Shown: positions 54,574-64,000 of the stretch, in pieces | How positions within the stretch are numbered: the stretch's first letter is position 1 | Layout of the letters: each line of letters begins with the position of its first letter | Source: Abditibacteriaceae bacterium | GTDB taxonomy: Bacteria > Armatimonadota > Abditibacteriia > Abditibacteriales > Abditibacteriaceae | DNA length: 64,000 bases | Direction of reading: 5' to 3' | Assembly (NCBI GenBank): GCA_031425655.1 | Contig: JANPJS010000143.1 | Coordinates: 1 to 64,000, forward strand | Program-made: the position numbers and the translations under genes | Notes under the pieces: model-generated | What the model was told of the DNA's origin: nothing | The model's database searches: none | The model's input: only the letters and a program-made list of their open reading frames with translations

Positions 54574-56235
54574 TTATTTTCGCGCCGTTTCGCGGAGTTC
54601 GAGCAGGTTTTTCATCACGTCGAACAAATTGCCGTTCCAATCGGGCGTGCCGAAAGCGTCGTGCAATTTGCGGTAAATAGCGTAAAGCTGCTGATAAACG
54701 GCGTGCGCTTCGGCGTTCGGGGTGTAAACCACGTCTTTGAGGCCGGTCATGGCGGCTTGCGCGTCGGCGTAGTTTTGGAAGCGACCGGCGGCGACGGCTC
54801 CGGCGATGGCGGCGCCCAAAGCGCAGGTTTGCGCCGAGCGCGAAATCTTCATCGGACGACCGATTACATCGGCGTAAATTTGCATCACGACCGCGTTTTT
54901 CTCCGCAATGCCGCCGCAGTTGATGACTTCTTTGACCGGCACGCCGTATTCTTCTAAGCGATTAATAATCGTGAGAGCGCCGAATGCCGTCGCTTCAATC
55001 AGCGCGCGATAAATCTCGCCGGGCGTGGTGTAAAGCGTTTGGCCGATGAGCAAACCCGTTAAGCGTTGATCCACCAAAATCGTGCGATTGCCGTTGTTCC
55101 AATCCAGCGCCACGAGGCCCGATTCGCCCGGCTTGAGTTCGCCTGCCGCTTGCGTAAGCTCGTCGTGCGTGCCGGCTTTGAGATAATTCACGAACCAGTT
55201 GAAAATGTCGCCGACTGCCGATTGCCCGGCTTCCAGACCGTAATAACCGGGCAAAATGCTGCCGTTGACGATGCCGCACAAACCGGGAATATCGGCCAAT
55301 TCTTCGCCGACGGGCACGACCATCAAATCGCAAGTGCTGGTGCCGATGGTTTTGACCAGCGTGCCCGGTTTGATGCCCGCTCCAACGCCGCCCAAATGCG
55401 CGTCGAAGGCGCCGACCGCGACCGGCGTGCCCGCTGTAAGGCCGGTGCGCGCGGCCCATTCTGTCGTCAGACCGCCGACGGGCCGGTCAATGGCGTGCGC
55501 TTGTGGGCATAACCTTTCACGCAAAGCAGCGAGTTTCGGGTCGAGCGCACCCAAAAATTCGGCGTCGGGATAGCCGCCCCAACTGTCGCTATACATCGCT
55601 TTGTGGCCCGCCGCGCAAACGCCAACAGTTAGCGCGCCGGGCGCCTCGGTGCCGGTCAGAAAAGCGGGAATCCAATCGGCGCATTCGACCCAACTGTGCG
55701 CGGCATCGAAAACAACTTCGTCCACTTTCAGGCAATGCCAGATTTTGCTGAAAAACCATTCGCTCGAATAAGTGCCGCCGCATTTGGCCAGATATTGAGG
55801 CCGCATCTCGGTGGCGCGGCGCGTGATTTCCTCGGCTTCGGCAACGCCGGTGTGGTCTTTCCACAGCCACGCGAGGGCGTTCGGATTGTCGGCGAAACGC
55901 GCATCGAAAGCCAGCGGCACGCCTTTTTCATCAACCGGAAGCGGCGTGCTGCCTGTCGTGTCCACGCCGATGCCGATGACTTGCGCGGGCGCGAAATCCG
56001 GCGCGTTCTCTTGCGCTTGTGCGAGCGCGGCTTTGATGGTTTCTTCGGCGCCCTGCACATAATCGGCGGGATGCTGGCGCGCGAGATTCGGGTCGCGCGC
56101 TAAAATGACGCCCTGCGTGCCGTGCGCGTAATTCCAGACAGCAGTGCCGACTTCCTCGCCGGTCGCGGCGTTTACCACGAGGGCGCGCACCGAGTTGGTG
56201 CCGTAATCCAAACCGATAACGTATTCGTTGCTCAT
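54574..56235 (-). CDS. araB: Ribulokinase
   Basis: Motifs GLDYGTNSVR, DTTGSTP, LWKDHT, YSSEWF, AAGHKA, EAGQSAVGD and DWNNGNRT. Confidence 0.96.
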   Translation of the reverse strand: MSNEYVIGLDYGTNSVRALVVNAATGEEVGTAVWNYAHGTQGVILARDPNLARQHPADYVQGAEETIKAALAQAQENAPDFAPAQVIGIGVDTTGSTPLPVDEKGVPLAFDARFADNPNALAWLWKDHTGVAEAEEITRRATEMRPQYLAKCGGTYSSEWFFSKIWHCLKVDEVVFDAAHSWVECADWIPAFLTGTEAPGALTVGVCAAGHKAMYSDSWGGYPDAEFLGALDPKLAALRERLCPQAHAIDRPVGGLTTEWAARTGLTAGTPVAVGAFDAHLGGVGAGIKPGTLVKTIGTSTCDLMVVPVGEELADIPGLCGIVNGSILPGYYGLEAGQSAVGDIFNWFVNYLKAGTHDELTQAAGELKPGESGLVALDWNNGNRTILVDQRLTGLLIGQTLYTTPGEIYRALIEATAFGALTIINRLEEYGVPVKEVINCGGIAEKNAVVMQIYADVIGRPMKISRSAQTCALGAAIAGAVAAGRFQNYADAQAAMTGLKDVVYTPNAEAHAVYQQLYAIYRKLHDAFGTPDWNGNLFDVMKNLLELRETARK

Positions 56236-56298
56236 GTTTTCCTTGTCTTTTGTCTCTCGTCCTGCCCAGAGGGCACCCGACGCAAAGGCGCAAAGAGA

Positions 56299-56682
56299 TC
56301 ACTCCGAGAGGTTGTTGGCTACCTGGACAATGCCGTCTTTGATTAAAGGCGCATTAAAGTTAATCAGCAAGCCCAGTCTCTTGTCGGTTAATCGCAGATA
56401 AGTCAGAAGTTGCTTTCTGTGGACAGGCGCAATTTGCTCTACTGATTTGAGTTCAACAATGATCAGGTTCTCCACGACCAAATCGGCGCGAAAGCCTTCG
56501 TCGAAAACCAAATTTTCGTAGGTGATAGTGATGGGTTGCTGCCTGACCACCAATAAACCGCGTTGCTGAAGCTCGCGCGCCAAAATCACCTCATAAACCG
56601 TTTCGAGCAAGCCGGGGCCGAGCGCGCAATGAATTTTATAGGCCGCGTCCACGATGATTTTCGCTACTTCATTCTCGGTCAT
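56299..56682 (-). CDS. GxxExxY protein (PD-(D/E)xK nuclease-like)
   Basis: Motifs LGPGLLETVY, FRADLVVE, VELKS, QLLTYL and GLLINF. Confidence 0.93.
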   Translation of the reverse strand: MTENEVAKIIVDAAYKIHCALGPGLLETVYEVILARELQQRGLLVVRQQPITITYENLVFDEGFRADLVVENLIIVELKSVEQIAPVHRKQLLTYLRLTDKRLGLLINFNAPLIKDGIVQVANNLSE

Positions 56683-56692
56683 GGTTTCCTTT

Positions 56693-56833
56693 GTTTCTCG
56701 TTTTTGTCTCTCGCAAAGACGCAAAGTCGCAAAGAAGAAATTGAGAGTTAAAAAGTCCAACTCAGACTACCACACCTATTTCTCATGTTCTCTTTGCGAC
56801 TTTGCGTCTTTGCGAGAGACAAAAACGAGAAAC
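56693..56833. repeat. 43-bp perfect inverted repeat immediately upstream of GxxExxY
   Basis: GTTTCTCGTTTTTGTCTCTCGCAAAGACGCAAAGTCGCAAAGA at 56693-56735 and its reverse complement at 56791-56833. Related copies at 52024-52112, 54461-54570 and 56246-56296. Confidence 0.9.
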
Positions 56834-57828
56834 TAAAAAATCATCACTTTGACGACATTGTCTTGATAAGCCGCGTTCATGGCGAAGGCTTCGGCGGCTT
56901 GCGACAGCGGAAAACGATGCGTAATCATGCTTTTTACGTCCACGCGGCCCGATTCGACAAGGGCCAGCGTGCGCGGATAAACGTGCTTCATACGACGACA
57001 CATCAACAGTGTTAAACCTTTGCGGCGCAACGCTGAATGCTTTAATTCCAGCTTGTCTTCGAGAGGAATGCCGACTAAAACCACTGTCCCGCCGGGCCGC
57101 GTAATGTCAACGGCCTGCTGCGCGCTTTCGTCAACCCACGCGGCTTCGATGGCGACATCCACTTCCACTCCGTCGGGCAGTGGAATAGCGCCGAATTGCT
57201 GCGCCAATTTCAAGCGCCACTCTAAAGGCTCCGAAACGTAAACCGTGCCCGCGCCCGCCAATTTTGCCAGTTGAACGAGGCATAATCCAATCGGCCCGGC
57301 GCCCAAAATGGCGACCGAAGCGCCGATGCGAATGCGCGCCAAATCCGTCGCGTGTAACGCCACGCCCAACGGTTCGAGGAGGGCCGCTTCTTCGTCACTG
57401 AGCGAATCCGGCATCGCATGGCAAAAGCGCGCCGGAACGCGCATCCACTGGCACAAACTGCCGTGATTCGGATACAACCCGCAAAAACGCTGCTTGCGGC
57501 ACAAATTTGGGTTCCCATTCACGCATTCGGTGCAAACGCCGCACGTCCACGCCGGATCAACCGCCACGCGCGTGCCGATTTGCAACGCCACGCCGGCACC
57601 GATTTCTTCGATAACGCCGGAAAATTCGTGGCCTAAAATCAGCGGCGAACCGAGCAGCGTGTCGCCGATGGCACCGCTTTCATACGGGTGCAAATCGCTG
57701 CCGCACACGCCGGTCGTTTTCACGCGCAGCAGCACTTCGCCTGCTTCGGGCGCGCCCGGATGCGGCACATTTTCGATACGAATATCGGCGGGGCCGTAAA
57801 GGCGTGCGGAAAGCATTGTTTTTGTCAT
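56833..57828 (-). CDS. Zinc-dependent polyol dehydrogenase (sorbitol/arabitol DH-like)
   Basis: Motifs GVCGSD, GHE, C..C..C.......C, EPL and GAGPIG. Confidence 0.9.
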   Translation of the reverse strand: MTKTMLSARLYGPADIRIENVPHPGAPEAGEVLLRVKTTGVCGSDLHPYESGAIGDTLLGSPLILGHEFSGVIEEIGAGVALQIGTRVAVDPAWTCGVCTECVNGNPNLCRKQRFCGLYPNHGSLCQWMRVPARFCHAMPDSLSDEEAALLEPLGVALHATDLARIRIGASVAILGAGPIGLCLVQLAKLAGAGTVYVSEPLEWRLKLAQQFGAIPLPDGVEVDVAIEAAWVDESAQQAVDITRPGGTVVLVGIPLEDKLELKHSALRRKGLTLLMCRRMKHVYPRTLALVESGRVDVKSMITHRFPLSQAAEAFAMNAAYQDNVVKVMIF

Positions 57829-57943
57829 GAAAAATCAGAATTAGCCACAAAAAGCGCAAAATTCACAAAAGTAGGGCGCAAAAACCAATAAATTAATTTT
57901 CTTGGGCTAATTTTGTGAATTTTGTGCTTTTTGTGGCTATAAA

Positions 57944-59458
57944 TTACATTCGTCCCAAGCCCTGCGCCAGATGAAAATACATCTCGTTCGTCCGCAAATC
58001 CTGCTTGAAATTGCGGATTGTGGTGTCGCCGTCAATTGGTGTGAATTCGATGCCGGCGATTTCGGCGAAGTCTTCCATGTGTTCGGAAGTGAGAGCCTGA
58101 CTGAAGCCGGTATGATGGGCGCCGCCGGCTAAAATCCACGCGGCGCAGGCGGTTTTGAAATCGGGTTTGCATTCCCATACGGCGCGGGCGACGGGCAGAT
58201 TCGGCAGCGCTTCGTCGGGCGCGACAACGTCCACTTCGTTGACCAAAAGTCGGAAACGGTTGCCCAAATCCACGATGGAAGCGTTGATGGCCGGGCCGGG
58301 CGGCGTATCGAAAACCAATCGCACCGGGTCTTCTTTGCCGCCGATGCCCAACGGGTGAATTTGCAGCGAAGGCTTGCCGGATGCGATGCTTTCGCAGATT
58401 TCCAGCATATGCGCGCCCAAAACTTTGTGCCCGGACGGGTGCAAATGATAGGTGTAATCTTCCATGAACGATGTGCCGCCGGACATTCCATCGGCCATCA
58501 CTTTCATGGCGCGCAGCAGCGCGCAGGTTTTCCAATCGCCCTCGCCGCCGAAGCCGTAACCGTCGGCCATTAAACGCTGCACCGCAAGGCCGGGAAGCTG
58601 TTTCAATCCGTGCAAATCTTCAAATGTGTCGGTGAAACCTTTGAAATTGCCCGCTTCCAAAATTGCGCGCAAGCCCAATTCGATGCGGGCGCCGTCGCGC
58701 AGCGATTCGTGACGTTCGCTGCCCTTGCGAAGCGGCGCGGCCACGCTGTAACGCTCTTCGTATTCGCCGCAGAGCGTATTCACATCGGCATCGCTGACGG
58801 AGTTGACTTGCTCAACTAAATCGCCGATGCCGTAATAATTGACGCTGTAGCCAAAGCGCATTTCCGCCGCGACTTTATCGCCGTCGGTCACGGCCACGAA
58901 GCGCATATTGTCGCCAAAGCGCGCGAAACGAGCGCCCTGCCAATCGTGCCAGCCGCGCGCGGCGCGAATCCACGCCGCGACACGCTCCAGCACTTCGTCG
59001 TCCTGCCAATGCCCAACCACGACTTTGCGCGCCAAACGCATTCGCGCGCCGATGAAGCCGAATTCGCGGTCGCCGTGCGCGGCCTGATTCAGATTCATAA
59101 AGTCCATGTCAATCGTGGCCCACGGCAAATCGCGGTTGAACTGCGTGTGCAAATGCAGAATCGGCTTGGAAAGGACGCTGAGGCCGCCAATCCACATTTT
59201 GGAAGGCGAAAAAGTGTGCATCCAGCAAATTAAACCGGCGCAATTCGCGGCGTTGTTGGCTTCGAGACACAGCGCGCGAATTTCATCGGGCGTGGTCAGA
59301 ATCGGCTTGAAAACGACGTTGCCGGGAATGCGCTCGGATGCGCCCAATGCCGTTGCGATTTGCTGCGAGTTGGCCGCGACTTGCTTAAGCACTTCGGGGC
59401 CGTAAAGGTGCTGGCTGCCGGTCACGAGCCAGATTTCGGGAGGAGTGTTTTGGATCAT
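57944..59458 (-). CDS. araA: L-arabinose isomerase
   Basis: Motifs [36 protein letters not shown] and GGAHHT. Confidence 0.97.
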   Translation of the reverse strand: MIQNTPPEIWLVTGSQHLYGPEVLKQVAANSQQIATALGASERIPGNVVFKPILTTPDEIRALCLEANNAANCAGLICWMHTFSPSKMWIGGLSVLSKPILHLHTQFNRDLPWATIDMDFMNLNQAAHGDREFGFIGARMRLARKVVVGHWQDDEVLERVAAWIRAARGWHDWQGARFARFGDNMRFVAVTDGDKVAAEMRFGYSVNYYGIGDLVEQVNSVSDADVNTLCGEYEERYSVAAPLRKGSERHESLRDGARIELGLRAILEAGNFKGFTDTFEDLHGLKQLPGLAVQRLMADGYGFGGEGDWKTCALLRAMKVMADGMSGGTSFMEDYTYHLHPSGHKVLGAHMLEICESIASGKPSLQIHPLGIGGKEDPVRLVFDTPPGPAINASIVDLGNRFRLLVNEVDVVAPDEALPNLPVARAVWECKPDFKTACAAWILAGGAHHTGFSQALTSEHMEDFAEIAGIEFTPIDGDTTIRNFKQDLRTNEMYFHLAQGLGRM

Positions 59459-59502
59459 AAGGTTTCTCGTGTGAGTGCGAGTTTAAGCGCATCCGGCGCA
59501 GC

Positions 59503-59517
59503 TGCAAACCGGTTTTA
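59503..59517. promoter_or_regulatory. Candidate LacI-family operator upstream of araA
   Basis: TGCAAACCGGTTTTA, with a palindromic AAACCGGTTT core and central CG. Confidence 0.35.
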
Positions 59518-60666
59518 TTAAAAAGCCTTTTCGAGAATCAAGCGTAGTTCTTCGCCGCTGAGTTTGAGCGGATTGGCCTGCATCGAACTGGCGACAGCCG
59601 CTTTTTCGATGAGATTTGGAAAGTCGCTCTGGGAAATTCCGTAAGCCGACAGCGCAGAAGTTTTCAAATCGCGGCATAGATTTTCAACCCACGCGGCGCC
59701 ATCAATCGCCGCCGCGTTTGGGTCGCCGCTGAGAATTTGCGCGATTTCATCGTAGCGCGGCAGGGCTGGATTTTGCGATTCGCGTTCGCGCAAAGCGCAG
59801 ATATTCGCGTGCATAACGTGCGGCAAAAGCGCGGCGCAAACTGCGCCGTGAGGAGCCGGAAACGCGCCGCCAATCGGCGCCGCGAAGCCGTGAACCGCAC
59901 CTAATCCGGCGTTGGCTAAAGCCAAACCTCCGAAAAGACTCGCCATCGCCATGTCTTCGCGCGCAAGGGCATCGGTTCCGTTTTCGTAAGCGCGGCGCAA
60001 ACTGCGTGCAACGCGGCTGATTCCGTCGCGGCAGAGCGCGTCCGTGATTGGATTGGCGCGGTGCGAAACGAACGGCTCGATGAGTTGCGTAAGCGCATCT
60101 AATCCGGTGCTGGTCGTAAGTGCGGGCGGCAAATCATAAGTCAGTTCCGGGTCAACTAACGCCACGCGCGGCAGCATAAACGGGCTGCGTAAGCTGACTT
60201 TAACGCCGTGTTTGGGCGAACTGAGAACGGCGTTGCGCGTGACTTCGGCGCCAGTTCCGGCGGTTGTGGGAATAGCGATGAATGGCAGCGGAGCATTAAT
60301 TAAAGGCTTGCCGCGTCCGATGACTTCGAGATAATCGAAAATATCGTCATCGTTCGTGAGCAGGGCGGCAATGGCTTTTCCGGCGTCAATGACACTGCCG
60401 CCGCCGATGGCAATCACGAAATCAAAATGCTCGTGGACAGAATGTGTAATGCGCGCTACGGCTTCTACAGTCGGTTCGCCCTCGATAGCGAAAGTGTCAT
60501 ATTCGACACCGGCTACGCGCAGCAATTCCAGAAGTCGCGCCGCGCGCAAAGTGTCGCGTCCTGTGATGACGGCAACGCGCTCGGCCCCTGCCGCGATGGC
60601 GCCGATTTCCGCGAGCTTGCCGGCGCCGAAGATGATGCGCTGCGCTGTGGCGAATTCAAAGTTCAT
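59518..60666 (-). CDS. Iron-containing alcohol dehydrogenase
   Basis: Motifs GEPT, GGGSVIDAGK, PTTAGTG, DALTQ, H and PHG. Confidence 0.93.
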   Translation of the reverse strand: MNFEFATAQRIIFGAGKLAEIGAIAAGAERVAVITGRDTLRAARLLELLRVAGVEYDTFAIEGEPTVEAVARITHSVHEHFDFVIAIGGGSVIDAGKAIAALLTNDDDIFDYLEVIGRGKPLINAPLPFIAIPTTAGTGAEVTRNAVLSSPKHGVKVSLRSPFMLPRVALVDPELTYDLPPALTTSTGLDALTQLIEPFVSHRANPITDALCRDGISRVARSLRRAYENGTDALAREDMAMASLFGGLALANAGLGAVHGFAAPIGGAFPAPHGAVCAALLPHVMHANICALRERESQNPALPRYDEIAQILSGDPNAAAIDGAAWVENLCRDLKTSALSAYGISQSDFPNLIEKAAVASSMQANPLKLSGEELRLILEKAF

Positions 60667-60673
60667 AGCTTAT

Positions 60674-60832
60674 GCCCTCACCCCCGGCCCGTCTCCCAAT
60701 TCGCGCTACGCGCGGGAGAGGGGAGGTCAATCTTGAACTTGGCTGCATTCTGAATAACGCGACCAACTTCTAATTTCGACCTCCCCTCTCCCGCGCGTAG
60801 CGCGAATTGGGAGACGGGCCGGGGGTGAGGGC
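60674..60832. repeat. 55-bp perfect inverted repeat element
   Basis: GCCCTCACCCCCGGCCCGTCTCCC...GGGAGAGGGGAGGTC at 60674-60728 and its reverse complement at 60778-60832. Confidence 0.88.
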
Positions 60833-60837
60833 GATTC

Positions 60838-61143
60838 TCACCATCCCTCGTCGCCCGGAAACGCATTCGCATATTTCACGCTGCTGCGCGGCGCGGCCAT
60901 CATTTCGGCGACGGCATCGCGCCATTGGGCATAATGTGCGGTTTCTTTGTGCGCGGCGTTGGCCTCAGCGCTGCGATAAACCTCGACTAAAACGAAGCGT
61001 GTCGGGTCGTCGAGTTGCTGCACAACATCGAAGCGGGCAACGCCCGGTTCCTGCACGCTGTTTCGTGAATTATCCAATGTCGCCGCGAGAAAATCTGCGA
61101 CGCACTCCGGCTTGACCTGAACGTGAACGTGGACAATGAACAT
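60838..61143 (-). CDS. ABM-family putative quinol monooxygenase / LsrG-like protein
   Basis: MFIVHV...EPGVARFDV...FVLVEVY...[19 protein letters not shown]. Confidence 0.88.
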   Translation of the reverse strand: MFIVHVHVQVKPECVADFLAATLDNSRNSVQEPGVARFDVVQQLDDPTRFVLVEVYRSAEANAAHKETAHYAQWRDAVAEMMAAPRSSVKYANAFPGDEGW

Positions 61144-61229
61144 GAATTCCTTTGTCTTGTGATTATTGAACGCGGCGCGGCAAAGTGCAAATTCGCGCCC
61201 GCGCCGCGCCTTTGCGAAAATGAAAAGAC

Positions 61230-64000
61230 ATGGCTTCGGTTCAACGCGCGCCGGCGCAGCGGCGCACCAAGCGAGTTTTGGCGGTGCGCCATTTGGCGGT
61301 GCAGACGGCGTGGCTCGACACGTCTCCGCGTTGGCACGAAGGCCGGGCGCGCTGGCCATTCGCGGAGGGCGCACAAACCCATTGGCTCACGCCCGGCGCC
61401 GCCGAATTATCCGCCGCCGAGCGGGCGCTAAACAAAATTGAAAGCCATCCGCGCGCCCTCGAAACGGCGATTGGCAGTGCTGGGAAAAGCGGCGCCGATT
61501 GGCTGGCGCGCCGTCGCGCGCAATTGGAAGTCGTGAAGAGGCTGGCCCGTCTTGAAGCCGCCGATTTGCCGCTGCTGGCGCGCTCCTCACGCGCCCGCAA
61601 TCCCGACACAGCGCGGCGTCTGGTGGAACTGCTGCTCGCTGAGGCATTGTGCCGCAACGATTTGCCGGTTTCTCCCGCCACCGTTTTGATGCGGCGGCCC
61701 GAACTCGAAGCCGATACGTTGCTCATCGCGCTTTGTCACGACGAAAATCAGCCTTGCGAAGCTCGCGCGTTGGCCGCGTTGGTGGCCGGGACACGCGAAG
61801 CCGCCGGGCCGCCACAGGGTAAACAACTGCGCGCAGTTTTTCTGTGGGCGCGTAAGAACGGCTTTTCGGACACGCCGGCTCTGACTGCGCGCTTGTTGCT
61901 CGAAGACAACGGCGCGGCGTTAGTCGCACGGTTGGCTATGGCACTGCCCAGAGCAACGCGGTTGGACATGGACGCCGGTTTCTGGCGCGAATTGCTGTCC
62001 GAAGGCCGCGCGCCGGATGAAGTCGTCGGGGTGCTGGAATCCGTCGCGTCGTGCGAATTTGTGGCGTTGCGATTGGCGCAAAACGATCTGCCGGAGTGGC
62101 CGCTGCCGCTGTCGAAATTGAGCGCGAAGATGCAAGCGGCTATCGCTGTCTGCGCCGACGAGCGGCGCGCGTGGCGAGAAGAATTGGCTATGCTGCTGCG
62201 TGATTTTGTGCGCGAAAACGACGCGACGCTCATTCATGCGATGCGCGTTTTGGCGACGGCGCTGCTGGATTTGGAAGGTGCCTTAGCGCACTGGGTCGCA
62301 TCGGCGAGCTTGGCGCCGGAGCGCAATCCTTTGCTGTGGGCGCATCTGCGCGGCCATCTTTGCGGGCACGTTTTGCAGGTGCTGCGCGAAGTGCATCAAT
62401 TAAAGCCGTCCCTGCGCGCCGGGGCGTTGCGCTTGCTCAATGAAAATTTCGCGCAAGTATGGAAGGTGGACACCTTTCCGAAACTGCGCCGGGCGCGCAG
62501 CGCGCCGGGCCAGGTCGCACAATGGCTGCAAAATTCCTTCAACGGGCAAGGCCGCCTGATTTTGCGATTGCTGCGGCGCGTCGGCGAAAGCACGGCGCGC
62601 GAAGCATTGATGTTGAACCTCGCCGACACATTGGCCGGCGTGCGCTGGCGCGGTTCTGAACTGGCCGCTTGGTCACTGCAACTGGCGCGAGAGTTTTCGA
62701 CCGGCGCGGACGATTTACCTGTCAAATTGCGCCGCATCTGCGAGTTGTTGGAAGAGTTTCAATCCATCGCACCGGCCCGCGCTGCGCTGAGGCCAGTGCT
62801 GGAAGCGTTACGCGGCATCAATGCAGCGCAGCGCAACGCCGCTTTTTTAGCTATTTTGAATCGCCTGTCGTGGGATGGTGCCATCACGAAACAGGCCGCG
62901 CAACTGCCGCCTTATGTGCCGGCCATCGCGCGCTTTGCTGCCGTCTCGGACGACTGGGATACCGCTTGTTTCGCAGGCGCCGCGCTGGTCTTAGCCGACG
63001 AAGCGAAGCGCGCCGCCAATTTGCGCATCGCGCCGTGCAACACAGAAAATTCAGAAGAAGACGATGTCGAGGGCGTAGAAATCGAAGAATTCGAGGCCGA
63101 AAACGCTCCGGACACGGTGTTATGGCTGGAATGGGTAGCTTCCGATTTACTGCGCACCCGTCCGGCGGACGAAGACGGCGCCGAGCCGGTGCGTTACTGG
63201 TATCTGGACGACGTTACGCGACTGGCGTGGACATTGAGTGGCGGCGATTTCGCGTGCTTTCAGCAGGTGTTCAGAGTAGCGGCGCGCCATTCGTTCGCTA
63301 ATCTGGAATATCTGCGGCGCGCTTTGCCGGCGCTGTGGCATTTTCCGGCGGTGCAACCGGCACTGGGGCATTGGTTTCCTCGCCAACCGGCGCTCTGTGT
63401 GGCACTTTTGCAGCGATGGGGATTGGCACACCGTTTGGGCGATGTATTGGAGCCGTTGGAAGTGCTTCGCCAAGCGCCGTCGGCGATTCCCGTCGCTTGG
63501 CGCGGCCTTTTGGAACTGGCGCCCGATGTGTGGGATAACGCCGCTCAACTGGCGTTGGCGCAAGGCGTTTTGGGCCGCGCCGTGGCACTGCCGCCGGGCG
63601 TGCGTCATGTGCTGGAAACGCCGCGCAAACTGGAAAACGAGCGCGCTCATCTGGCGGCGCGTCACGCGCAAACGCCAAACAATTCTTGGGCGGCGCGTTT
63701 GGCGAATCTGGAAAAGCGCCTGCGCGATATGGAAAGCCTGCGCCGCGCGATGGCCGATGAAGCGCGCGAAAAAATGCGCGACATCGCGGCAGAGGCCATG
63801 CTCGAAGCGATTAAGCAGCAGGTTGTGCTGTGCTATCGCGCGCGGCTTGACGAAGTGGCCGGGCCGCTGCCCAATAATTTGACGCTCGACGACGACTGGC
63901 TCAATGCCGTGTTGCTTACAGCGGACGTAGATTACAATCGCAAACTGCTGTGGGCGCTGCTACGAGCCGGCGTGCGCAGCGAGGACGACTGGCGCGAAAC
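61230..64000 (+). CDS. Large Ala/Leu/Arg-rich hypothetical protein (>920 aa), truncated by the window edge
   Basis: I translated the start (MASVQRAP...) and the end (...[15 protein letters not shown]...WRE) and both are in the same frame. The middle was not checked codon by codon. It is likely missing from the ORF track because it has no stop in the window. Confidence 0.7.
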   Translation, partial: MASVQRAPAQRRTKRVLAVRHLAVQTAWLDTSPRWHEGRARWPFAEGAQTHWLTPGAAELSAAERALNKIESHPRALETAIGSAGKSGADWLARRRAQLEVVKRLARLEAADLPLLARSSRARNPDTARRLVELLLAEALCRNDLPVSPATVLMRRPELEADTLLIALCHDENQPCEARALAALVAGTREAAGPPQGKQLRAVFLWARKNGFSDTPALTARLLLEDNGAALVARLAMALPRATRLDMDAGFWRELLSEGRAPDEVVGVLESVASCEFVALRLAQNDLPEWPLPLSKLSAKMQAAIAVCADERRAWREELAMLLRDFVRENDATLIHAMRVLATALLDLEGALAHWVASASLAPERNPLLWAHLRGHLCGHVLQVLREVHQLKPSLRAGALRLLNENFAQVWKVDTFPKLRRARSAPGQVAQWLQNSFNGQGRLILRLLRRVGESTAREALMLNLADTLAGVRWRGSELAAWSLQLAREFSTGADDLPVKLRRICELLEEFQSIAPARAALRPVLEALRGINAAQRNAAFLAILNRLSWDGAITKQAAQLPPYVPAIARFAAVSDDWDTACFAGAALVLADEAKRAANLRIAPCNTENSEEDDVEGVEIEEFEAENAPDTVLWLEWVASDLLRTRPADEDGAEPVRYWYLDDVTRLAWTLSGGDFACFQQVFRVAARHSFANLEYLRRALPALWHFPAVQPALGHWFPRQPALCVALLQRWGLAHRLGDVLEPLEVLRQAPSAIPVAWRGLLELAPDVWDNAAQLALAQGVLGRAVALPPGVRHVLETPRKLENERAHLAARHAQTPNNSWAARLANLEKRLRDMESLRRAMADEAREKMRDIAAEAMLEAIKQQVVLCYRARLDEVAGPLPNNLTLDDDWLNAVLLTADVDYNRKLLWALLRAGVRSEDDWRE

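Overview
A 64-kb, GC-rich bacterial chromosomal window with no rRNA, tRNA or CRISPR array. Gene style and repeat families suggest a soil Armatimonadota/Abditibacteriota-like organism (inference only). Main blocks, in order: (1) ldh and a yybP-ykoY (Mn2+) riboswitch-led zf-TFIIB/TerC/SbtA/SbtB operon, with three attC-like sites and several gene fragments; (2) a CPA2 antiporter, a P-IIA ATPase and a YoaK-family gene; (3) a minus-strand signalling operon: IsdG-like ABM protein, a phycobiliprotein-like globin fused to a CarH-type B12-binding domain (photocobilin-like), a GGDEF protein, a PAS-only protein and a hybrid histidine kinase, preceded by Acg nitroreductase and Usp genes; (4) a Usp cluster, a lipid kinase and a hydrolase; (5) a tandem array of five small membrane-protein paralogues with conserved ends; (6) sugar MFS/epimerase genes, a large S8 protease, a split cobalamin/iron ABC transporter and an FN3/DNRLRE protein; (7) glmS and an inositol-monophosphatase-like gene, each with a duplicated 3' end around low-GC cargo (a HEAT-like gene and a CdiI-like domain); (8) actP; (9) an L-arabinose operon interrupted by a repeat-flanked GxxExxY gene. 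Intergenic spaces hold many MITE/REP-like palindromes, some nested. The best candidate for a novel system is the heme-degradation, bilin+B12 photoreceptor, c-di-GMP/kinase relay at 11860-18953. All family calls come from motif recognition by eye; no database searches were run.
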